Of a stretch of DNA of 64,000 bases, positions 1-11,260 are shown piece by piece; within the stretch, counting starts at the first letter, position 1; each line of letters starts with the position of its first letter. The notes beneath the pieces were generated by a model. The model saw only the letters and a program-made list of their open reading frames with translations. It did no database searches and was not told the DNA's origin. Made by a program: the position numbers and the translations under genes. Source of the DNA: Octopus bimaculoides (lineage: Eukaryota); NCBI RefSeq assembly GCF_001194135.2, contig NC_068984.1:39848775-39912774 (forward strand), given 5' to 3'.

Positions 1-240
1 AATTCCGCTCGAACGGACGTACGTGCAGAAAGAGGCTGAACGGACGCACGTACGTTAGAATTCCGCTCGTACTTAGGTACGTGCAGAGGGAGACCGAACG
101 GACGCACGTACGTTCGAATTAGGCTCGAACGGACGTACGAACAGAGGGAGGCCGAACGGACGAACGAACGTTCGAATTTCGCACGAACTGTCATGCGTGT
201 AGAGGGAGGCCGAACGGACGCACGTACGTTTGAATTCGGC
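1..240. repeat. CpG-rich 58-bp minisatellite (at least 4 units, truncated by window start)
   Basis: Units start at 1, 59, 117, 175 and 233, each beginning AATT and containing GAACGGACGCACGTACGTT or a close variant; exact 58-bp period. Confidence 0.92.
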
Positions 241-716
241 AATATACTGAGCTTGTGAAGACCTGTCAAACGAAGTGAAATTGTAGTCGTGGCTAATGCT
301 GGTATCAGAACTATGCTGGTGGCACTTAAAAAGCATCTTTCGTGTGGTGGGCGTCATGGAGGCAACGTAGCCGAAGCCGGTGGCACATGAAAAGCACTTT
401 TTGAGTGTTTGGCCTCACAGAAGTGATGACAAATGACTGAGACCTTTGGCATTATGCCGTGCTTGAGAAGAAGACCCAACAAGTCAAGTAAAATCGCAGT
501 TGTGGAAAATACTGGTATCACACAAATGGCACCTGTGCCACTGGCACGTGAAAAGCACCCATTACACTCTCGGAGTGGTTGGCATTAGGAAATGCATCCA
601 GCTGTAGAAACTATGCTAAATCAGACTGGAGTCTGGTGCAGCCTTCCAGCTTCCCAGCCCAGGTCAAACCATCCAACCCATGCCAGCATGGACAACAGAC
701 ATTAAATGATGATGAA
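241..716 (+). mobile_element. RTE-LINE 3' UTR copy ending in (TGA)n tail
   Basis: Same sequence as the 3' UTR of the RT-bearing copy at 11261-12920 (GGCATTAGGAA..GCATCCAGCTGTAGAAAC...CCATGCCAGCATGG...TTAAATGATGATGA). A second short copy follows at about 745-908. Confidence 0.85.
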
Positions 717-906
717 TTTTATATAGTTGTGTATGTATATATATAAGCACCCACTACACTCTTGGAGTGGTTGGCGTTAGGAAGGACATCCAGTTGTAGA
801 AACATTGCCAGACCAGATTGGAGCTTGGTGCAGCCACTTGCTTTCCAGACCTCAGTTAAACCGTCCAATCCACACCAGTATGGAAAACGGATGTTAAACA
901 ATGATG

Positions 907-948
<42 letters not shown>

Positions 949-974
949 TGTATATACACACACACACATATATA

Positions 975-1165
975 TATATAAGTCTATGTGTCTATATTTG
1001 TTTTTGTCCATGCCACTGCTTGTCACCATCCCTGTAACTTAGTGGTTTGGCAAAAGAAACCAACAGAATAAGTACCAGACTTCAAAATGGTACCAGGGTC
1101 AATTTATTTAACTACAAGGTGGTTCTCCAACATGGCTACAGACCAACAAACTGAAACAAGCAAAT
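975..1165 (+). mobile_element. 3' half of tRNA-derived SINE (family of 32395-32811), preceded by (TA)n(CA)n
   Basis: CCCTGTAACTTAGTGGTTTGGCAAAAGAAACCAACAGAATAAGTACCAG...CTGAAACAAG matches the reverse complement of 32400-32560. Confidence 0.7.
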
Positions 1166-1699
1166 AAAATACAAGATTGAACTTGAACTAGGAGCCTTTA
1201 TTTCTAAAAGAAGGATTGTAATACTCCTATCCAATGGATAAGAGAATATTATAACATTAACCACCACTGATAAAGTTTATGGATTTACATATTCCTATCC
1301 ATAAACATGGGACCTGTGAACAGAAAAAATACAAAAGCACTCGATTCTCACAAATGACAGACAAGTGTAAGAAAAGGCAGAGATGATCAAGAAAATACAC
1401 AAGAGTAGAAGCTTTGCTGCTGTGGACCACAAATTTGGTAACAAATCTACCATTTGCTACATTTACAAAGTGCATGGAGATAATTTATTTATTACAGGTT
1501 GTTTTTGCTTTTTTTAACCAAATCACCATGATGAATAAGGGTAGATATACTAGAAACTGAATCTGAAGAAACTAAACTGAAACATTTTTTTTTTAATAGC
1601 TCTTATACAATAGTGAAAAACTAGAATAACTGGCCACTTAACATTTTTTCATTATGAGTAAATAGTAGACATATCAGTATTATTGCAACATATAAAGCA

Positions 1700-1910
1700 G
1701 TAAGCTGGCAGAATCGTTAGTATGCTGAGCAAATTGCTTAGTGGCATTTCATCCATCTTTACATTCTGAATTCAAATTCTGCTGAGGGTCAACTTTGCTC
1801 CTCATCCTTTCAGGGTCACTAAAATAAATACCAGTTGAACACTAGCACAATTTAATCAACTTAAGCCCTCTCCCATACCTGCTGGCCTTGTACCAAAATT
1901 TGAAACTAAT
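1700..1910 (+). mobile_element. tRNA-derived SINE with Nin/Deu-like central domain, degenerate
   Basis: GCTGGCAGAATCGTTAG head, B-box-like GAATTCAAATTC, then CATCCTTTCAGGGTCACTAAAATAAATACCAGTTG. Related copies at about 43300-43420 (+) and 59949-60123 (-). Confidence 0.7.
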
Positions 1911-2884
1911 ATCATTGCAACATAAATATAATTTACCTATACAATTCAAAAGAAGGTTTCAATCAAGATTTTCATTAATTTACTAAAGGCTTTTGTTTTT
2001 GTTCTTTTTTAGTTCACATGACATGAAATAAAAATTGAAGATTTCTGATTGCAAAGTTGAAAAATGGAAAAGGCAACTCACAGACTGGCTTAGATTTGTT
2101 ATTTTTGCTAAATTTAGAAGATATATTTAATTGCTTAATACAGTAATCACCATGAATAAAAGGAGTAGAATACAGACAGACCAAAGACTTTGCCTAAACA
2201 CGTTTATAGTATTTAATTTAATGACATACTGATGGGTTTAAATTTGCTTTCTCTCCCATCAGGATTAAGAAAATAGGTACCAGTAAAGTCAACTTCCCAT
2301 TACAAAGTTGTGGTTATACCCTGTTAAAATAAATAATTACTTTGAAATAGCCAAGATTTCAATATACTTGGAATAATTCCTGCAAAGTAAAGTTATAATA
2401 AAGATTTGCTATAACACCAAGAATAGCTTCTCTAAAATCTAACACTTAGAAAATGCCAAAGCCTTATATCTGAAATGGTCATCAGAAGTTAAGAGATTTT
2501 CAGTCAAGCAGAAATCACTGAAGGTTTTATATCACACCATTTTATCTATTGGATACATCAATACTATTGCATAGCAAAGCAAGATCACTGAACCAACAAG
2601 AGTTCTGGTGTTTATATATATATATATATAAAGACAAGACAAGACAAAACTCGACGCTTTCCTCTCCACGATACCAGACGAACCAATGGCTCGAAATGAG
2701 ACACAGTTTAGGGCAGCGATGTCAAATTCTCTTATACACCAGATGTGCCATCAAAACTCTTGATTGGACTATATCAGGTGGAGAAGAGCCATGCAAGGAA
2801 CGTGAAGAGAGCACAGCATAAAGACGGAAAGTCATGGTGGTGCTCCAGCATGACCACAGCCACTTGGCTGAAACCTATAAATAA

Positions 2885-3090
2885 ATAAATATATATATGA
2901 GAGAATTTACGAAAAAAACAACAGACGAAGACAGGTGGTGTAAACAACAAATGGATGTATTAGTTTAATGCTCGGGAATAGAGAAAGTCTTTGATGTTTC
3001 GAGCTACGCTCTTCAACAGAAAGGAACACAGAAAGAAATAAGGAGAGAAACAAAGAGAAAAAATATATAAATGTAGAGGTCAGCGATCTA
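2885..3090 (-). mobile_element. Penelope-like element terminal fragment carrying a decayed hammerhead motif
   Basis: Minus strand reads CTTT-CTGTTGA-A-GAGC-GTA-GCTC-GAAAC-ATC-AAAG (2989-3023); fragment is bounded by (TA)n on both sides. Confidence 0.55.
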
Positions 3091-3757
3091 TCATGGATAT
3101 ATATATAATTTCATTAAAACAATTATTAATAGTAATCTTCTCATGTAGAAGACAATTTTTTAAATCCAGTTTTCTATCTGGCTAAAGTGTTCATGAGAAA
3201 TTTATACAAAAGAAAGTTTAATGGTTCTTTTTTAATCCAGATCTTTTTTCCAAGTTATACATTTTTTGTTGTTCAGAAACTATTTTTATGATAAGGATTC
3301 TATACAGATCTACAAGCGTTCCTCCTACAAAACTGCTGGTGGTGTTAAGCCTCACCATCCCAGCTACTAAGTTGCATAAACAAAGACTAAGCCCCTAACT
3401 CTTCCTATCCAAGGATAAGAATTTTTCACTTTATAAGTCAACTATAGCCAATACAGAGTAAGTCATTCAAATTTGTCTAGCTCATTAATTTATTTAATCA
3501 TAGCTCAGATATTTATGGTTGACTTCTAGTTTTATTAATGTTAATTCTTTTATAGACCTTAGTGTTTTACTAGATCTGCAGACCCTGTAGCATTAAGTGA
3601 ATATACACATCTCCTCCAGGATAGTACACCAGTCTATCATCAAAAGTAACTTTTCTAAGGAGACACTCTATTTTCAGTGCTACTGCTTATACCAGTGAAT
3701 AGTGCCATTTTGCAATACATTCAGTAAGGACCTTGATTGGAATCTTAGCCATGGGCA

Positions 3758-4188
3758 TGTAGTGACACTAATACCAGTCACCATTTTGGGAAGTTCGTCC
3801 ACGCATGCACAGGAACATGTCTTCCGGAAGGCATGCAAGAAGTCCCTCATGCGCATGTGTGGTCATCCTATATCAAAGCGTTCCCGCCTTTTCTCGACCT
3901 CTTAGCACTGCACATTCAAGGAGACAACAGGACCACTAAGAGCTGCTCGGCAACTCTACCTTTGAGTCTACGCGAACTACTTTGGAGGCTGAAGAATGAC
4001 TTAATCAACCAGCATCGACACCGTCTTCACACCAACCATAAAGGGCGACCTGGCAATTCCGTTACCAGAGATGTAGGCTGAGCCCCTCATAATAAATATT
4101 TGTTATGCTGTTATTCAATTTATCCAGCATGTTCGTTTTTATTGAAGAGAATTGATTTGTACGGGATAGGGTTACCCTATCACCTACA
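3758..4188 (+). mobile_element. Solo LTR (431 bp), probably Gypsy-type
   Basis: TGTAGTGA...TCACCTACA termini (TG..CA, short inverted ends), 4-bp TSD GGCA at 3754-3757 and 4189-4192, internal AATAAA at 4091-4096, higher GC than flanks. Confidence 0.85.
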
Positions 4189-4599
4189 GGCATACCGCAT
4201 CACACATAACAGGATATCAACAATTCCTTAACTGGTTGCCCAATAACTCTGTTGATCTTTTAATCGTTGTAAAACCTAAAGACTATAAGAAGGTTCAGTC
4301 CCACAAATCAGTTCAGCATGTACAATGCTTATTTACCAAGCAAACACCTTCTCTCTTGTTATCTCCATAACCAATATAGATCCGCATTCTCTCCCTTCAT
4401 CATCACAAACAGTCTTTTATACATAGCTATTAACTAGCAATATACCAAAATATCCTCCTCTGTAAAAACTCAAGACAGGAAGAACAATAACATATAAACA
4501 GTATTTTAGACTCATGAAGTTCTGCAACACAAAATAGAAATCAGAAAAGACTACTAGAATTCAAGTTTTAAATAGATATATATTAATGCTAATAGAAGT

Positions 4600-4850
4600 A
4601 GTTATGGCTGTGGTGAAAAAGTTTGAATCCCAACCATGTGCTTTCCATGTTCAGTGTCATCTACTATAGCCCCAAGCTACGTGGATTTGGTTGGCATAAA
4701 GAGGAAGCCCGTCATGTATGTATGAGCTCATACTTCTCTCCTCTTCACATGTATTCACTGATTGTGAACAATAACCTCATTGATGATGTTATTTGCTTGC
4801 AGTCTGCTGCAAAAGTATGTCCGTACTTTCTGTCTTGATACACAATCTTT
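4600..4850 (+). mobile_element. Degenerate tRNA-derived SINE
   Basis: ATGGCTGTGGTG head then CTACTATAGCCCC..GTGGATTTGG..GAAGCCCGTC, as in the 32645-32811 head. Confidence 0.55.
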
Positions 4851-6440
4851 GTGAACAAAAGGCTCATTCATAGTGTAGCTTGTTTATAGTCCTCTGTATA
4901 AAAATGTGTGGGCGGTTTGTTGCTTAGAGACAGGTGTGGAAGAGTATCCAGCCATAAGAAAACTCTGTCCCAACATACTCTCATCTCCCCCACCCAAGCA
5001 TGGAAAAGTAAATGTTGAAATAATGATGAGTCTCCAAAAAGACTGGCCTTTGTTGTTGGCTCTGTTGTAGTCACTTACTCATATATTTCTCTAGTGAATT
5101 TATCCACTGATGAAAAATAACATATTTTGTCCATTTTACATACATGTAGGGCCATGAAAAGCCAACACATTTCATGCACACACAAATACAAAAATAATAT
5201 ACCATCATCCTCATTTTGTCTGCTTTCCCTGCTGGCTTGAAGTGGACAGGTTGCCATTTATAGTCGGTCTGTATTCAGAGGTACTCTTCACCAAAATGTA
5301 TCAGAAGACTACATCTCGTGTTTATTTTTGGTTTGGTTTCAACAGCTGGATGCCCTTCATAACACCAATTTACAGAGTATACTTTTCCCTTGTTTCTTTC
5401 TTTAAGTTTCAGAAATTTCTTCAAAATTTTTTTAATATTCTAAACAGCATAATATATGTTCTCATAAAAAATATCAGAATGTTTTGTCCTTTTTCAATCC
5501 TTTTCCCTTATTAATTAATCATCAATCCAAGTTTCAGTACCTCCACAGAGCTCCACCTGTTCTGCTTTAGAAGCTTTCTGCCAAACTGCTGCCTTTCCCT
5601 GAAGAAAGACTTTGTCCAAGATGTTGGATTTTCCACTTTACAAGTGGCTCAACAAAAATCTCTGACATAGATCAAAGCTTATTTATTTTCCATCACCCTC
5701 TATATTAATTATCTATTCACTGCTACCCCAACTTTAATTACATTTCCTCCTAGGTTTTTCCTTCAATAAACCTAATAATACGAAGTTATTTTAATATAAT
5801 TATCCAAGTTTTTAATTATTTTCAAAATTAAAGAAACAGATAGATTATTTCATCAGAAATATTAAATTATCAGTGTCAATCCAATTTACTTGATCCCTTA
5901 ATAATGGTTTACAAGCAGTATCTCCATGGACAGTTAAAAATGTTACTCAGACCCTGATGAAATCCCAACACGGGATTTGGAAGTATTCCAGCTGATCCTT
6001 CTGTTTCTGATCACAAAGACAATGTGAAGTATTTAAATCTATAATACATACAATACAGCATTAGAAATTTGGTCACAAAAATGTTGAATAGGTAAGATTT
6101 AACTGAACTGTGAGCTTATCAAAATTCAGAAGAGAAGTTGTATATCAGGAATCTAAATACTTGAATCTAAATACATTTTTTTTCTGTAACAAAGCTAATA
6201 AATTGTGACAAAAAATAATATATACATTTTGATGCTATACTGAACATTCCTTCATTATGAAGCAATAATCCAGCAAGTTAAGGTACTACAATACTGACCA
6301 GGTGGTCATCAGTTCAAACCTTACTATCATAGTGATACTCTTGTGCTCTTGAGTAACACACTATTCTGCTTCCTCAGTTCGTTTGGGTTGTTACAGGCTT
6401 CAAATCCACTTTATGTTTCAGTAGATAACAGGAGAGACAG

Positions 6441-6832
6441 TATCATCATCATCATTTAACTTTCTATGCTTGCATGGTTCAGGTAGAATTTGTTGAGGTA
6501 GATTTTCTACAGCTGGATGCTCTTCCTGTCACCAACTGTCATGCTTCCAGGCAAGGTAATATTTCCCAACAGCCAGACATGTTTTTCATGGAAGACTAGA
6601 AACAAACATCAGCTATGCTCATTTACAACCATCACATCATGCCAAGACAAGGTTGGACACACACACACACGTGTAACAGGTTTCTTCCAGCTTTCATCTA
6701 CCAAATCCACTCACAAAGATTTGGTCAGCCTATGGATATAGTAAAAGACACATGTCCAAGGTGTCATACAGTGGGATTGAAAGCAAGACTACTTGGTTAG
6801 GAAACAAGCATCTTAACTATACAGCCATGCCC
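6441..6832 (-). mobile_element. tRNA-head SINE with RTE-derived 3' tail
   Basis: Head 6680-6832 matches the 32645-32811 head; central (CA)n; tail 6441-6540 matches the RTE 3' end (CTACAGCTGGATG, CATCATCATCATTTAAC on +). Two related tandem copies at about 50060-50510 and 50515-51015. Confidence 0.75.
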
Positions 6833-7973
6833 TTTTCGTATACCCATACAATTGCTCTCACATATGGAAATGACAAAATTTGCTAGAACAAAAATCCAAG
6901 GCATATTAGCATGGGAAAATGGACATAAAGCAAGTGATCATCAAAAAAAGAAAAAACATGTCAATAGAAGTGTAACTATAAAAATTTAAAGAACTATGTA
7001 AATAATTTTATGCAATAATTTGATCAAATTTAGAAGTCTAATTTATACTAAAATAAAGTCACTACTTTAGTGCAAGCTAATCTAATTAATTAACAAAACA
7101 AACTGTCAAAGACAAAATATTAAGTAAAAACCACAATAATTTTTATACAATACAGTAATGTTTTAAAAAATTAAAACAATGTTTTTTATAACACTGATTA
7201 AAGATTAAATTAAAAATTTTCTGATATATAAATGCATACACAAGTAACTGATGAGTACAATTTTATTACTCCATAAATTTATTTTGAAAAACTTGTTTGC
7301 TTATATTTAAATTTACATTACATTTATCTTTGCTTATATAGCTTTAAATTTAATAAAGCATCACAAGCAAAATGGTGTCCTAAGGATGATGTGGAATTAA
7401 GTTCACATTTAAAGACGTTCCATTTTAATTTTCCTTACAGAGAAGAGAGTGGGGTCCAGAGAAATAACTTAAAGGTGATCTAGCCAGGATGACCCTGCAG
7501 TTTACATGGACATATGAAACTGTAGAATAAAAAGTAAATAGTAAATAGAATTTAGTTGTTTTGTAGATTAATCAGAAATATTCCCTAAAGAAGTGTAATT
7601 TGTTACATTTTCCACTGAGGTATCAGAAGATTGAAATGTCAAGGAGAAAAAGAATGAGTCAAAAGAAAAAAACTTTCATGAAAGACCAGACAAGGAAGTT
7701 GCAAAGCATTCCAGGTTAACTGCTTCTCTCTTTTAAAATAACAAAACCACTTCTATTTTTGTCTCTACACAATCTCTGTACTAATGGTACGATAATTAGT
7801 ACAAGATTGTGGTGAAAATTTTAAGGATCAAGCATTTATATGTTGATAGTTTGGAGATAAAGTCAACAATATGAGAGCATAATTTAAAATTTTGTTGTAA
7901 GATCCGTGGTTAGTTGTTGCTGAAAGGTTTCTCTGTATAAATAAAAACAGGAAGTTAAGTTGATAATAATGGT

Positions 7974-7979
7974 TTTATT
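7974..7979 (-). terminator. Candidate VPS4 polyadenylation signal AATAAA
   Basis: TTTATT on + about 285 nt downstream of the VPS4 stop. Other more distal signals are possible. Confidence 0.4.
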
Positions 7980-8262
7980 TTTTAGTTTTGGGAAAGGGCC
8001 TTTTTAATGCAAGTATGATGAGAAAAATATTATAATCCATTTTCTTTTTTTTCATTTTTTTTTTTCTTTGCCAACATCCACAGCAACAGATAAATTTGAA
8101 CATCTGCAGAAGAGTTATCCACAGCAGTAGATACATTTGACAATTATACGCTGCAGAGTTAGCAACCTTCCTAGTAGATGATACAAGCACAGTTTCACTA
8201 GTCATCAGAGAGTTATGTAATTTGCAGCAAAATTCATTGGGATATGTAAAGCTCATTGAAGC

Positions 8263-8364
8263 TTATCCTTCTTGACCAAAATCTAATGTGAATTTTTCTA
8301 ATTTCTCCAAGTCTTTTTCATTCACGTTTGGTTTAATGGTTGAAAGCGACATCAACATATCACT
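8263..8364 (-). CDS. VPS4: VPS4 exon 12 (last): [33 protein letters not shown]
   Basis: TTTTCCAG acceptor, phase 0, TAA stop at 8263-8265; canonical Vps4 C-terminus. Confidence 0.96.
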   Translation of the reverse strand, partial: SDMLMSLSTIKPNVNEKDLEKLEKFTLDFGQEG

Positions 8365-8559
8365 CTGGAAAAAAAATTAATTAGATAACAGTAAAAAATT
8401 TTTAAAGTAATTAAGGTTGATTTAAATTGTTTTACAGTAAAAGAAAAAGAACTCAGTCTTAGCCACATGGTATTAATGCTGCCAGCATCATTCTAACCCC
8501 TTCCTAAACTCTTTGAATAATTACATGGCACAGGTTAAACAATTACAATGTACACATTC

Positions 8560-9150
8560 TTGTTGATGAAGCAAAAAACATACATGAAACAAACACTTCC
8601 GCACACACACAAGACTTCTTGCAAACGATTACCAAAGCATACAAGAAATCCAACATTTCTACATACAACATAAACACTGAAGTTTAGACAACATCGCTTC
8701 AAACATCACACGCTACAATAGATGCAAACACATATCTACACACCCCAACCTGTAACTACCAAAACCCCACCAACCACTCACTGCTTCAAAAAGGCTGTAG
8801 TCTACAGAACCACTCTCACACAACCTGATGGCATCACAAGGACACTACACAGTTATGACAGCCAATGACTTTAAGGGACAGTATACACAGCATATACATT
8901 CCTTCAGGTGCAGATATAGGGAAAATTCCACCTCCCTGTCCCATTTCATCTGACAACTCCGCAACCATCAGAATGACTTTCCCAATCATTGGCAGGTCTC
9001 TACCTTACTCCCCTGGAACTCACAATTGCCAACTCTGTCTCTGCAAGAGACTGCATGTTTTCCACCAACCTGCATATCCATCAACAGGAAAAATGTTGTC
9101 ACTAGAGGTTCATCCTGTTAATAAACTTCAAGCCAATGGTAGCTGACAAT
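8560..9150 (+). mobile_element. Penelope-like GIY-YIG endonuclease remnant (pseudogenised)
   Basis: Frameshifted translation gives VVY...PDG...Y..MTANDFKG.YTQH.HSFR...NSTSLS.FI...W...YSPGTHNCQLCL, the same pattern as 21580-21870. Confidence 0.6.
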
Positions 9151-9849
9151 CCATATATACCACCTTAGGCTGGCTGCACCACATGTAAGGGTAAGGTACT
9201 TAATCCTACCACCCATATTGACTACAGCCTCATGCATTATGATCATCAATTTTATCTAATACCATCAAATCTGGTTGCTCCCATGTAAAGATACTGCCAC
9301 TGAGCTACTAACTCACAACACCCCACCCTACTATGTGTAATATCAAATGCTATGAACTGATGTCATTGAGTACATCACAGCTTGCAGCCATAGTGGCGAC
9401 AGCTCCCTGCCAACATCTTATATGAACATGTAGGCCTAAAAAAAAAACCACTTATGTCACTTCTGCAGCATTAACGCATGACCCAAAACAGTTGCTCCAA
9501 AGATATAGTAGTCAGAGTGAGGACAGGTTGGAAAAAGTTCAAGGAGCTTCTACCACTCATAATAACAAAGGCCTTTACTCTTATTGTATGATGGTAAATT
9601 GTATGAAACTTGTGTTAGAATTGCAATGCTGCACAGTAGAGAGACATGGGCCTTGAATGTAGAGGACTTGAGAAAACTGTAGAGAAATCAAACAAGCATT
9701 CACTACATCCACTCCTCAACCCTATTCAATCTCTACAGTTGTCACCTACTCTTCCCTACTTATTATCCACTTAACACTCGTTTGCATCTCCTACCATAAA
9801 GCCACCTTCTCTGGATTTGTTGTGTAGTAAAATGCATGCCGATCTCACT

Positions 9850-10032
9850 AGAGGCTCACAAAAAGCACTTAGTACACTTTGTAAAATGTTCAGCATTAGG
9901 AAGGTCATCCAGCCATAGAAACAATGCCAAAATAGACAATGGAACATCATGTAGTCCTTGAGCCCATCAGATCCAGTTAAACTGCCCAATCCATGCCAGT
10001 ATGGAACATGGGAATTAAATGATGATGATGAT
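9850..10032 (+). mobile_element. RTE 3'-end copy
   Basis: AAAAGCAC...CATTAGGAAGGTCATCCAGCCATAGAAAC...CCATGCCAGTATGG...TTAAATGATGATGATGA. Confidence 0.75.
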
Positions 10033-10264
10033 ACAGATAAAAGGAAACAATATTCATGGTGAGAAGAAAATACCTTTGACCATGGGTTTGCTCAATCAGG
10101 CCTGACCTGGAGCTAAAAAACAGCAATCCTAATCACTGTCCCAATTCTAAATTTTCACAAGAAACATAAGAATTTCTAAATAAGATTATCATTAGTCTAC
10201 TTTACTACAGATGCACTGCTGGCTACTTCTTCACCTGAATGTTAGTTCATAATGCATTCCATTT

Positions 10265-10470
10265 ACAGATCATTATCATTATTTAACATGTGTCTTCCAT
10301 GCTGGCATGGACTGGACGGTTCAAGAGAATCCAACAACTCAAGGACTATATCAAGCTCCAACATCTGTTTTCCCATGATTCTACAGCTGGATGTCCTTCC
10401 TAATGCCAACCACTTTACAGAATGTACCACGTTCTTTTTTTTGTGGTGCTGGCACCAATGAGGTTATCAA
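10265..10470 (-). mobile_element. RTE 3'-end copy, inverted relative to 9850-10032
   Basis: ATCATTATCATTATTTAACATG..TTCCATGCTGGCATGG...CTACAGCTGGATGTCCTTCCTAATGCCAACCAC on +. Confidence 0.78.
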
Positions 10471-10785
10471 GTAACTCACAAAACATTAAAAAAATATCTT
10501 GAGCCTGGGAGACTGAGTTGCAGATCACATTATCCACTGTATTTATACATCTAATCCAATGATGGCCTGGTCATCATCCCACTTTCTATGAAGTCTACAC
10601 CTTAAATTCTTAATCTACATTTAATATATCCTACTGAGGTCATTTCTCAATTTCTGTTGCAAGACTTTCATTTTTTTACACTTTACTTGCAATATTAAAA
10701 ATGTAATTTAACTGATGAATTACAATTGGCATTTTCACCAAATCAGCTAAAATTGTTAAACTTAGAGAAAAGTGTTTAACTTTAC

Positions 10786-10926
10786 CATATTGACAAGAGG
10801 TTCATAAAGCTTGTCACTTGGTACTTGCATCCAGTTCATTTCAATAGCTCCTGGTGCTCCGGGGGAACATGGAGACAGATAATCATTTATCATAACAGAA
10901 GAGTCACTTCTGCTTGGGGCTTTCAC
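10786..10926 (-). CDS. VPS4: VPS4 exon 11 (beta domain): [47 protein letters not shown]
   Basis: TTTCCCAG acceptor, GTAAAG donor, 141 nt, phase 0/0; PCSPG..GAIEMNW motif. Confidence 0.96.
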
Positions 10927-11014
10927 CTGGGAAAAACAAAAATGATGTCATTTAAAATTTCTCACTCTTTAGACATTATGTAACTTCAGCTTTAAAAACA
11001 GTTAAACATCTTAC

Positions 11015-11102
11015 CTGTCTAAAATGTGTAGCTGTTTGTACCTTCCTGACAGGTTGCATCAGAGCATCTCTGACCACAACACTAATATCAGCACCGGAAT
11101 AT
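11015..11102 (-). CDS. VPS4: VPS4 exon 10: (G)[29 protein letters not shown]
   Basis: TTTTCAG acceptor, CAG/GTAAG donor, 88 nt, phase 2/0; GYSGADI motif. Confidence 0.97.
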
Positions 11103-11260
11103 CTGAAAAAAAAAAGTAATAAAAAGTTTTAATTGCCATTAATTATAATTACAAAAATAAAAGTAAATTGTAATTTCACAAATTTTCTAACATAATCAGG
11201 GAATAAAATATTGTAGCATAGAGGCCTGATTTGAGGATAAATATTAAACAACTACTGACC

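Noticed and set aside
719-1037. ORFs rich in YI/VC/HT here and at 30315-30625, 31390-31787, 50661-50919
   Set aside because: Translations of (TA)n/(CA)n microsatellites and SINE or RTE tails.
8192-8208. CUGAUGA-CUAGU-GAAAC on the minus strand in the VPS4 3' UTR (hammerhead-like)
   Set aside because: No stem II pair, G at the cleavage position and no stem I complementarity; chance match.
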